A stretch of DNA of 64,000 nt from the human T2T-CHM13v2.0 reference genome, Homo sapiens, in the NCBI RefSeq assembly GCF_009914755.1, contig NC_060926.1; one strand, given 5' to 3'. A program made the translations under genes and the position numbers. The notes under the pieces are model-generated. The model did not search any database. It had not been told where the DNA came from and was given only the letters and a program-made list of their open reading frames with translations. How positions within the stretch are numbered: the stretch's first letter is position 1; each line of letters opens with the position of its first letter. Below are positions 13,510 to 24,732 of the stretch, piece by piece.

Positions 13510-14440
13510 AATGGAAACTTTATGTATCAAAGAACAATATTAAGAGTATAAAGACAAACTACAAATGTATATTTTCAACATATATAATCAATGATGGTTT
13601 AATATCTAAAGACTTACAACAGATCAAAAAGAAAAAGACAATCTAAAAAAAGTGGGCAAAAAATAGAAGCATTTCAGAGGAAAGGAAATTTGAAATGGCC
13701 ATAAACATATGCAAAGATGTACTATCTCATTAGAAATCAGGGAAATGCATATTACAAATTACAAGTAGATGCCATTTCACCCCTAGCAGACTGATAAAAC
13801 TTAGTAATGAAGAATAGTAGAGAAAACAGAACTTTACGGTATGTTGTTGGGAATGTAAAATGTGTATAAACATGTTGGGAAAAAATTGGCATTATCTTTT
13901 CAGGCGGAGATGTGTAATATCTCTGACTCAGCAATTCCTCTTCCAGGTATACACAAAAGATACATTCTTGTTTGTGTGTACCAGGAGAACTGCAGAAATA
14001 TATTCTTAGTAGCAATGTTGATAATAGCAAAAGCTGGAAACCACTCAAATATTCATTAAGAGGAGAATGCATAAATAAATAGAGGTTTTTTCATGTGATG
14101 GAATACTATGGCAAAATGAATTAACCATAGCTGCATGCATCAGTTACTGTGAATCTTAAGAAAACATGCTGAATGATAAAAGTAAGTTTCTGAAGAATAT
14201 TAAGAGTATGATACTATTTGTATAACCTTCAGGCAAACAAAACTTTACAATTGTTTAGGGATAGATATTATTCAGTTACACTTTATATGAAAGCAAGGTA
14301 CCAATACAATAAAATCAAAATTCAAAATCATGTTTCCCTTTGAAATGAGGGAGAGGTATACAGGGAGATTGAAGGGAATTGAAATAATCTATTTTAAACT
14401 TGGGTCTCCAGAACAATGGTGTTTTGTAATTCTAGATACA
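13510..14440 (+). mobile_element. Old L1ME-type 3' fragment
   Basis: 'atggccataaacatatgcaaagatg...cattagaaatcagggaaatgca'. Confidence 0.75.
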
Positions 14441-14459
14441 TCATCTATGATGCATTTTC

Positions 14460-14804
<345 letters not shown>

Positions 14805-15354
14805 TAATAAAACATTTAAATGGGTTTTTAAAAAGTTGAAACAATATTTATAGCATGTGAACTAGCATCCTACATAAGGCAGTACAGATACAAGTTAAAT
14901 TATGAATGAGCTTGTGCTGGAAGAACATAAATGGGATGAATCCTTCAGTGACAGGCTAGAGGCCCTTGGTCTGCAAGGCTTGAAATGCCAGGCAGATGCC
15001 TGGGAATTGGAGCGGTGAGTGCTGGGTAGGCCTGAGGAGCCTGCAGCTCAAGACCCTGGAGTAAACCCGCACAGGGGCAGGCACTGTTGGGGGAGGCTTG
15101 GGGACCTTGAAAGCTCCCCCAGATTTACATGGAGAGATAGCATGGTGAGCAGCCCTGACCAGGGCTTGCCCTCATTTCCCTGGAGAGGCCACATGAAACG
15201 ACCGAAAGTGGCTTGCTTGCCAGCCTTCGCAGATGAGGGGTTTCAATGATATTTTACTTGATTTCAAAAAAATAAGATATTTCTCGTACCTTGAGAGAAC
15301 TGGCTTGGTTTCTACTCTACGCTAAAGAAAGGAATAATCAGCAATATGACTTTA

Positions 15355-15680
15355 TAGCAGGATATTCATAACAGCATTTATTTTAATATCAAAAGTGGGG
15401 CTTTTATATCTAAGATATATATATTTGTATATACTTATATATAATTTTGTATGTAAGTACTATATATATTTATACATTATACAAGCACTATTACATATGT
15501 AATATATAAATACAAAATATAAAATACACAAGTATATATACATATGCAATATAAATTAATATAATTCAATAAAAATTGTATAAACATATAACTATATTGT
15601 AAAATATTTCAATTTATACATATTTAAATGTAAATGTAAACCCACTTTTTGATATAAATATTGTTATGAATGTCCTATTG
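15355..15680. mobile_element. TcMar/Tigger-like MITE with AT-rich interior (tentative)
   Basis: Imperfect ~45 bp terminal inverted repeats, each flanked by TA. Confidence 0.5.
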
Positions 15681-15763
15681 TACCTTGTAAAATGCTCACT
15701 GATGTTGCTAGTGGCGAGACTATGGAATTTTAAAAAATCTTTCATGCTCTGACTTTCCCACAG

Positions 15764-15922
15764 AGCCTATGAAGACATGTTATTGCTCCTTAAACACTAA
15801 ATTAAATATCTGGTCATTGATTCTAAGAAAAGCGCATGATCGCATAGACGCAGTGCTTGCGCCTCTTCATGCCCCTAGAGCTTCCAGTCTCATCAGGCAA
15901 TTCGCAGCCACTGCTGATGCAG
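15764..15922 (+). other. Candidate exon (lncRNA or unknown)
   Basis: Acceptor ctctgactttcccacag|, donor CAG|gtgagg, 159 nt. Confidence 0.3.
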
Positions 15923-16700
15923 GTGAGGACGCCATAGCCATGGCATGAGGTTTCCACAGAGGGCGGCTTCCCACATGTGTGTGTCACTTCTGGTCCCAGT
16001 TTGGCTCCTGGGTGTTCAGGGCCCTTTTCACAAGCTTCAGTGACTCACCTTATACATGGCTCCATCATAGCACTTGCAATTTTTATAAAACAACGTAACT
16101 CAAAAGCTAAGGGTAAGCAAGCAACATTTCAGACCAAATTTTGATGTAGCTTATTTGAAGGATAAATTAATCATGCAGGCTCACCCGTTCTGAATAGCAA
16201 TGATAGCAACAGACTTAAAACACGATGGTGCCACAGGTTTCCATGGGAGGCTGCCAGTGTGTGGGATGGGGGTGCCTTTGATGTCAGGCTGATAGGTTTT
16301 CTCTTCTTTTGATCTGATGGCTGGGGTCACTTTGAGGTGCTGAAGATGAAGAACTTCTATCTTAGGGACATTGTCTTCTGAAATTTCATGAGGTTAGATC
16401 TTTATTGCCAAAAGAGAGAGTCTTACTCCATGAAAAATACATGGCATGACTGTTGGGTGAGTGCCATGGAAAGAAATAAGAAGGAAGGAGAGGAGGGAGA
16501 GTGCAGTCCCATAGGTGAGATTTGCAGGCAGCAGGTGGGGCCAAAATAGAGGAGTGATTGAAGGAAAGAAGGCTGAAGGAAAGATCTGATGGAAGAATAA
16601 AGATGGAACAGACTGTGGGGTGCTCTATAAAGAAAACAATATAAAGAGTACCAGCTAATGAGTTAGACAATCAGTTTCAAATTCTATGACCTTGATTTAG

Positions 16701-17060
16701 TGTATTCCCATGTCTGCTAATAAAGACAGACCCAAGACTGGGTAATTTATAAAGAGATTTAATTGACTCACAGTTCAGCATGGCTGGGGAGCCCTCGGTA
16801 AACTTATAATCATGGCAGAAGGCAAAGCAAACACGTCCTTCTTCACATGGTGGCAGCAAGGAGGAGAATGACAGCAAAAGGTGGAAAAGCCCCTCATAAA
16901 ACCGTTAGATCTCGCGAGAACTCACAATCACCAGAACAGCATGAGGTAACTGCCCCCATGATTAAATTACCTCCCACTGGGTCCCTCCCACCACACGTGG
17001 GGATTATGGGGACTACAATGCAAGATGAGATTTGGGTAGGGACACAGCCAAACCATATCA
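16701..17060 (-). mobile_element. THE1-type MaLR LTR
   Basis: 'acccaagactgggtaatttataaag...gacacagccaaaccatatca'. Confidence 0.9.
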
Positions 17061-17197
17061 GTTACTTCACCTTTCTGAACATCCGTTTTCCCATCTGTTC
17101 GATGTTCATTCTGCCAACATTAAGCACTGACCATGTGTCAGCCCTGGAGATACAGCAATGAACAACACAGCAAGATCCCACACTTCATGGGATTTGC

Positions 17198-17684
17198 TGT
17201 TACTGAAATGCCAGGGGTTTGGTCTAGGTCCTGCTGCTTACCACACAGAAAGCCAATCACTGAGACAAGTTTTGCCAGGGAAGAAGACTTTTTGGGTGCT
17301 TCAGGTGAGCAGATGGGAGACAGGTCTCAAATCATCTTTTCAACTGACTAAAATTAAAGGTTTATGTAGCAGAACCAAATGTGGAAAAACAAGAATTAGG
17401 GAGAGGTAAGGAAGAGGCATTGGTCAATAGGAAGAAAGTGGTCAGTTAGGCAATCATGATGGATGAGGGTCTGGCATCTCATTGTCCAGATATGGTGAGC
17501 CTCAGTTTTTTGATACTATCTGGAAGGACTGACGGTTGGTTTCCTGAGAAAAGAACTGTGATAACACCAATATAAATTTCAAGCTTTAAGACTGAGAGGG
17601 TCAATTTCTATGTTTATTAAAAACAAAAACAAAAACAAAAAGCAACCCATAAAGCAGTTCTATGGGGACATCAGGCTAATTTCT
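17198..17684 (-). mobile_element. Solo LTR (LTR47-like, tentative)
   Basis: tgttactgaaatgccaggggtttggtctaggtcc; colinear with 7047-7524. Confidence 0.75.
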
Positions 17685-18039
17685 TCAATGTCAAATTGGG
17701 AGGATGCACCAGTAAAGAGTGTGATGCTATGATGATTAGGGGAGTGTAAGGAGCCCTGAGGACGTGCAGCAGGGGAGTGGAGCTTGATGTTTTAAGTAAG
17801 ACCCAAGAGAGGGGTAGGTGATAATCTATAACCCTTCCTCAGAGGGGCTATCATGATGGTTACATGAGATGGTATATGTGCAAAAGTCCAGTGTCAGCTG
17901 GTATCTAGTAAGTGACCCATGGGTATTATTATGATCAGATGAACAACTTGACAAATTATGGAACTAGAATAGCTACTAACAGATCATCTAGTCCTTTCTA
18001 GCTTTCTATAAAGGACTGGTAACTGGTACAGAGCTGATT

Positions 18040-18195
18040 GCCTTAGGAGCTGGGCGATGGAGAAGGGGGATTGTTAAAAATACAGATGGTTGGGTTTCAC
18101 CCTGTGAAGATTCCAATTCAGTAGGTCTAGCTTGGGCACCTAGAAGTCTACATTTTAAAGGAATTTTCCAGGTGATCCTGATGTAGCCTACCAGT
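18040..18195. mobile_element. MER5A-like hAT element
   Basis: 'ttgttaaaaatacagat...aattcagtaggtctag...ccaggtgatcctgatgtagcc'. Confidence 0.75.
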
Positions 18196-18279
18196 TCCTC
18201 CTAACTCCAAATTAGAGATGGAGAGATTGTGATTCAGAAAGGGCGAACTTGAGTAACTTGGGCAAATGCCCAGAGAAAT

Positions 18280-19050
18280 TGAATATTACGTAAATGTGAC
18301 CATCTGCAATTGAGGTTTGAGCAGTGCCTGATGCTACACACCCTTGGGACAACAGGCAGGAGGGAGGAAAAGAGGAAAGTTAATTACAACATGTTTAAGC
18401 CACTCTCAGAGCTCTGGGGGAGGGAGACCTACTGGGTGACAGCTAGCAGAGGGTTTTGTTAGGGGGTTAAGAGAGTAAGAAAAGGTAAGAGGAAGATCCA
18501 AGGAGTTCTGATAGCACAGGTCTGAGGAGTGTTTGAGATAAGCATTCCCTTATTTTCACCTTCTAAGCGTCTTCTGAGTGTCTTGAGGTTGCCAGCCGAG
18601 GAGCTGATGTGAAACCATCATGATTTTATCAGTGTTTGAGGCAAGAGCAGGGCTAGGGTGGGGTAAGGGGTAGCTGGGCTGCTGGAATGACTTTTGGGCT
18701 TATTCTCCCTTGGCTGCCAGAGAAATTGGAAAGCCAGGCTGGGAAATTGCCTTGCAATCTCTTTCTCTAATTCAATTCCGCGTTGATATCCAGTATGTCA
18801 AATCGCTGTGCAGATGAGATGACAACACGGCAATTGTGTCCTTGTCACAGTCTGTTATTTTCAAATGTGTGTGAAGATTCGTAATTGTGTTGACACCCAT
18901 TAAGTCTCCCTCCCCGGGCAGCTCCGTGAGCGGCTTAAACATGCTGTAATTAAGTTTCCTCTGTTCCCCTCCTGCCTGTTGTCCCAAAGATGTGTAGCAT
19001 CAGGCACTGCTCAGACCTCGATTGCAACAGTCACATTTATGCAACATTCA
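18280..19050. repeat. Long inverted repeat: arms 18280-18441 and 18891-19050
   Basis: Manual alignment of arm 1 to the reverse complement of arm 2: ~85% identity, including the exact core tgagcagtgcctgatgctacaca. Confidence 0.95.
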
Positions 19051-19799
19051 GTCAGCTGGACATGTACTCCTTTTTCTGCCTGTGCCCACCCTTGGCCCTG
19101 GTCATGTGAGGGGAGTATAGGCTGATTAATTTAAAATGACAAAATCTTTTGGATAAGTGCCATGCTCTGATTGGCTGAGAAGACTACCAGCACTGTCTCC
19201 ATGATTTCTGGCATATATTGTGCTAATAACAGTCCGTTCTACCGCTGACTGATAATTTAAACAGCCAATTCGGTCTTGCTTGCTGAATTAATCGAAATGG
19301 AATAGGGCAAGCTTGTGAAGAGTTTCACCTGCTCCTTGCTGAACAAGATTGGCAATAAAAGACTTAAGGGTGAAAGTCTACCGGACTTCCATTAAATATA
19401 ATATGCAACACAATTATATCCTTCCTTCTGATTCAAAGCAGTATTAAATACAGACCCAACCCCATCATAATCATCTCTAACAGACCATCTAAACATCTTT
19501 TGTTTTTGTAAAAGCAAATTTGAAATTTCTATAATTGAAAAGGGAATGCTTGGTTAGGTTATAGACTTTTTTTTTAAAATTGGAATTTAAAAATGCATCT
19601 TTAGGTTGTAAGTAGAGTTTTGTTGATGCTTCATTCAACTGCATTTCATTTCTACAGTTGCCACAATAGTATCAACTGAGGAAAAGAACAATGTGATATT
19701 TAGGAAATGCTAAATTTATGGTAGGAAATAATATTTAATATCATTAATGATAATATTAATTCCCATTACTATATATTTTCTTTCTTAGACCTTCCCTTT

Positions 19800-19975
19800 G
19801 CACATGTGGTAGATGCTTATCTTAACTTATATAACTTTATTCTTTGAGTAGCACTGTGAGATAGGTATTATTTTATATGTGGTTTAGTGAGTTGAATAAC
19901 TTTTCCAAGGTCAAAGAGCTAGAAAGTGTTAGAATTGGGAGACAACCCAGGCCTGTCTTCAAGTTCATGCACTTT
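19800..19975 (-). mobile_element. MIR
   Basis: 'ctgtgagataggtatta...aataacttttccaaggtcaaagagctag'. Confidence 0.7.
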
Positions 19976-20299
19976 AAAAAAAAAAGATAATAAAACCATG
20001 GTGTGGATATTTCAATTTTCAAAATATCCCTCCTATTCCCTTATAGATGGAGCAAAATTTTTCCTACTTTTTTTCTTCATACTTCGTCTCCTTAGTTCTA
20101 AAATACATCATAAATCCAATTTTTTAACAGAAAAATAAGCTTTTCTACTGCATTATCTGTACATATTAAGACTGCCCAACTTCATAAATACAAAACTGTT
20201 AATATTATGATTTTACAGCATGTCCTCAAATCAAAGAAATACAGTAAAGCCTGCATGTGTCAACACTGCTGGGCGAGGAGCTTTGAATTCTCATCTTCG

Positions 20300-20635
20300 G
20301 TTACTCTAAGGTTGTGAGAAACAGTAAAGAGTTTCCATTGTGAGAGTGACTTGATCTGATTTGTGTCTTAGAGGATTACCTTGCAGTACAGAGGGAGGCT
20401 GGAGACAGGTAGGCTGACTAGGTGGTAGCCACAGCCCAGGTGGAAGGTGAGCCCTGACCTGTGCTGCAAAGGAGCAGATGGATGTGGCTGTGTGAAGGAA
20501 GTAGAGTGGGCAGGATGGGGTGATCCATGACTCTGGCTGGAAGCCCATGGGTGGGGTCCCTGGGGAGGACTGACATGGGAGAGGAGGAGGAAGGGTGGAG
20601 GCTTTTCCAAGATGGAGTGAGACCTCTGGGTTCAC
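20300..20635 (-). mobile_element. L2 fragment
   Basis: 'gagagtgacttgatctgatttgtgtcttagaggattac' antisense L2. Confidence 0.65.
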
Positions 20636-21489
20636 ACTTCTAGCACACTGCTCTTTCTACTGCCCACCACGGAGGAATGAGGTCTTGGAGGCTTTTAGGA
20701 TGCTGAGCAGATCCCTTTAGATTTGACAAGGTATGCAATAGGAAGCAAACTTCCAGGGAGCAATTATTTACAGGCGAATCTTGATTTGATAAGGAGCAGA
20801 AGACTATCAGTTGCATTTTCTCTGCTATCCCTTTAACTCTCAAGCCCATTCTGATTTTATGGTCCCCTAATTAACTAGACAATTAAACAAATGTAAATAG
20901 CCATTTCATTCATGCAGCACCATGCTTTGGTGCTGCCTTTATGTTCAGAGTTCTCATTAGTAGCCCAAGTTATTTCTCATTTACATGCAAGGACTCAATG
21001 CTCGGAGAACTGCAAAAAGTAGCTCAATTTCTCACAAAGTTAAATTGATGATGCTGTACCTGAAAATGGTATATATGTATGATTTTATTGTTCCCTCAAA
21101 CATTATGCTAACAATACCTTCCTGTGATTATGACTGATGATTTGTTAAATGATTTGCATTCATTTAATGCATTTTTGTTAAAGAGTATATCTACTACTTT
21201 ATTAATACTATCATTTTACTACTATTATCATTTTCCTTTTCACCATTTGTTTTTCTATCTGCTGGGGCCAGGAAAAGAGAGTCAAGGTGATGGCTCCAGA
21301 AATTTCATAAGATTCCCCACCTTCCCATTTTGGAAGCCGAAATGACACCTTAGTCAATGGTAGACACCTTAGAAAATGGTAGTGGAAGTACATTTTGAAT
21401 GCAAGGTTCCAAGTAGAGATCTGAGACTTGTCGACTCTTGGTGGCAGCATGGGCTTCTGTAAAATACACAAACTTTAGAGTTGCAAGAA

Positions 21490-21640
21490 AGGGGTTTAAG
21501 TACCAGCTCTGACTTTCATTAGCTGGGTGACCTTGGCCTGTTTCCTACTTTTCTATTGACTTATATGAAAAATGAGGAGGGATTCTACCTTCCTTATTTG
21601 TTGGTGTGAGTATAAATGAGACATTCCATGTACAAGTATT
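21490..21640 (+). mobile_element. MIR
   Basis: 'agctgggtgaccttgg...aaaaatgagg...ctacct'. Confidence 0.6.
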
Positions 21641-22436
21641 TCGTAAAATCCAAAGTGGTCTAAAACATATCACTTCATTTCACATTTATTAATTTTTTTT
21701 ACTGAATTGATTTTTCTTTCAATCATGTCCTACCTTAGACTGTACTCATTTCTGCGCTATACTCATGTACCACTGGAGGTGTACTTCTATCATTCGTTCA
21801 TGCCTTCAACAGATATGCATTGGGTATTTGTTATCAGACACTGTGTTAAACACTTAGCCCTCTGTACTGAAATTATTCAAGCATTTTTTGAAGAGACTAC
21901 TTGCTTTTTGAAGGCAGGGATGCATTTTTCCTATTTTTGAAGGAAAGGAGTATCTGTTTGTTTCTTGAAGTCAAGGAACTCTGTATCCTAGCTCTTTGCA
22001 AAGTGTCTGATGTACCATAAATATTTATCGAATTGAACTGAGACCTACATCCCTCTCATGAGCCCATGTCCAGTCTGATTATGTTATATAACAGTAAAGG
22101 GAGAGGAAGAGGATTTGAGAAGCCTAGGGACTTAACATGCTTTAACATATTCTTAACATGCTTACATAATCAACGATAGCAACAATATTAGAATATATCT
22201 GTTTTTAACAAATGAATTCTCATTCTTTGCAGCATTAGCACTGTGTCCTGTTTGGACCTCTTGCTTCCCTAATCCTTGCCCATTCTCTAGTTTTGTGCTT
22301 GTCCCAGCTTCACACCTAGTGAGTGATTTTTCTTTCTATGAAAACTTGTCTCTCCGTTCTGGGGTGGTACCTCCATAGATGCACCACTTGGAATAACCCT
22401 GCTTGACTACAGACCTTCCAAGCCCTGTGCCCTGGG

Positions 22437-24299
22437 CTGGTAAGCAACTTCAGCAAAGTCTCAGCATACAAAATCAATGTGCGAAAATCGCTAGCATTTC
22501 TATACACAAACAACAGGCAAACCAAGAACCAAATCATGAATGAACTCTCATTCACAATTGCTACAAAAAGAATAAAATACCTAGGAATACAATTAACAAG
22601 GGAAGTGAAGGACCTCTTCAAGGAGAACTGTAAACCACTGCTCAAAGAAATCAGAGACACAAACAAATGGAAAAACATTCTATGCTCATGGATAGGAAGC
22701 ATCAATATTGTGAAAATGGCCATATTGCCCAGAGCAATTTATAGATTTAATGCTATTCCCATTAAACTACCATTGACATTCTTCACAGAATTAGAAAAAA
22801 CTATTTTAAAATTCATTTGGAACCAAAAAGCCCAAATAGCCAATACAATCCTAAGGAAAAAGAACAAAGCAAGAGGCATCATGCTACCCAACCTCAAACT
22901 ATACTACAAGGCTATAGTAACCAAAACAGCATGGTACTGGTACAAGAACAGACATATAGACCAATGGGGCAGAATAGAGAACCCAGAAATAAGGCCACAT
23001 ACCTACAACCACCTGATCTTCAACAAACCTGATGAAAGCAATGGGGAATGGATTCCCTGTTTAATAAATGGTGCTGGGAGTACTTGCCAGCCATAAGCAG
23101 AAAATTGAAACTGGACCACCTTCCTTATGCCATATACAAAAATCAACTCAAGATGGATTAAATACTTAAATGTAAAACCCAAAACTATAAAAACCCTAGA
23201 AGGAAATCTAGGCAATACCATTCAGAACATAGGCACAGTTAAAGTTTTCATGGTGAAGATGCCAAAAGCAATTGCAACAAAAGCAAATATAGACAAATGG
23301 GATCTAATTAAACTAAATAGCTTCTGCACAGTAAAAGAAATTATCATCAGAGTGAACAGAAAATTTACAGAATGGGAGAAAATATTGGCAAACTATGTAT
23401 CTGACAAAGGTCTAATATCCAGCATCTACAAGGAATTTAAATGAACTTGTAAGAAAAAAACAACCCCAATAAAAAGTGGTTGCAAATGACATGAACAGAC
23501 ACTTCTCAAAAGAAGATATACATGCGGCCAAGAAACATGGGATAAAGCTCAATGTCGCCGATCATTAGAGAAATGCAAAATCAAAACCACAGTGAGATAC
23601 CATCTCACACCAGTCAGAATGGCTGTTATTAAAAAGTCAACAGATGCTGGTGAGGTTGTAGAGAAAAAGGAATGCTTTTACGCTATTGGTGGGAGCGTAC
23701 ATTAGTTTAACCATTGTGGGAGACAGTGTGGCGATTCCTCAAGGACCTAGGGGCAGAAATACCATTTGACCCAGCAATCCCATTACTGGGTATATACACA
23801 AAAAGGAATAGAAATCATTCTATTATAAGATACATGCATGTATATGTTCATTGCATCAGTATTCACAATAGCAAAGACATGGAATCAACCCAAATGCCCA
23901 TCAATGATAGACTGCATAAAGAAAATGTGGTACATATACACCATGCAGCCGTAAAAAGGAATGAGATCATGTACTTCGCAGGGACATAGATGGAGCTGGA
24001 AGGCATTATCCTCAGCAAACTAATGCAGGAACAGAAAACCAAATACCGCATGTTCTCACTTATAAGTGGGAGCTGAATGATGAGAACACATGGACACATG
24101 GTGGAGAATAGCATACACTGGGGCCTGTAGGAGGGTGGGGGTGCGAGGAGGGAGAGCATCAGAAAGAATAGCTATGAATGCTGGGCTTAATACATAGGTG
24201 ATGGGATGATCTGTGCAACAAACTACTATGGCACATATTTACCTATGTAACCACATCCTGCACATGTACCCCTGAATTTAAAAGTTGGAAATAAAAAAA
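22437..24299 (+). mobile_element. 5'-truncated primate L1 (older L1PA/PB type): ORF2 C-terminal half, 3' UTR and A tail
   Basis: ORF 22479-23096 translates as L1 ORF2 ([26 protein letters not shown]); downstream frames broken by stops and frameshifts. Confidence 0.95.
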
Positions 24300-24300
24300 G

Positions 24301-24648
24301 AATACTATAGCCTTAGAAAAGAATGAGATCATGTCCTTTGCAGCAACATAGATGGAGCTAGAGGCCATTATCATAAGCAAACTAACATCGGGAACAGAAA
24401 ACCAAATACCTGTTCTCACTTATAAGTGGGAGCCGAATATTAAGTACACATGAATATAAAGAAGGGAACAACAGACCATGGAGCCTACTTGAGGCTGGAG
24501 GGTGAGTAGAGGGAGAGGGTTGGAGAACTGCCTGTTGGGTGCTACGCCTATTACCTAGGTGACGAAGCAATCTGTACACCAAGCCCCTCAGACATGCAGT
24601 TTACCTGTGTAACAAACCTGCACATGTACCCCTGAATGTAAAATAAGT
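24301..24648 (+). mobile_element. Second L1 3' end (different L1PA/PB subfamily)
   Basis: Repeats the 'gaatgagatcatgtcctttgcagcaaca...tgttctcacttataagtgggag' segment with a different 3' UTR. Confidence 0.9.
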
Positions 24649-24698
24649 GAAACAAGTATGAGATTTGACATTTGTTTATGATCAAGCTTATGATCTTG

Positions 24699-24732
24699 AC
24701 ACTTGACCTTAGCCAAAAGGCCGAGAGGTGAT
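24699..24732 (-). pseudogene. U2 snRNA 5' fragment (3'-truncated retropseudogene)
   Basis: Reverse complement atcacctctcggccttttggctaaggtcaagtgt matches U2 nt 1-34 (ATCGCTTCTCGGCCTTTTGGCTAAGATCAAGTGT) at 31/34. Confidence 0.9.

Noticed and set aside
22479-23444. 205 aa and 105 aa ORFs
   Set aside because: Fragments of L1 ORF2 in a 5'-truncated, disrupted copy; not a gene
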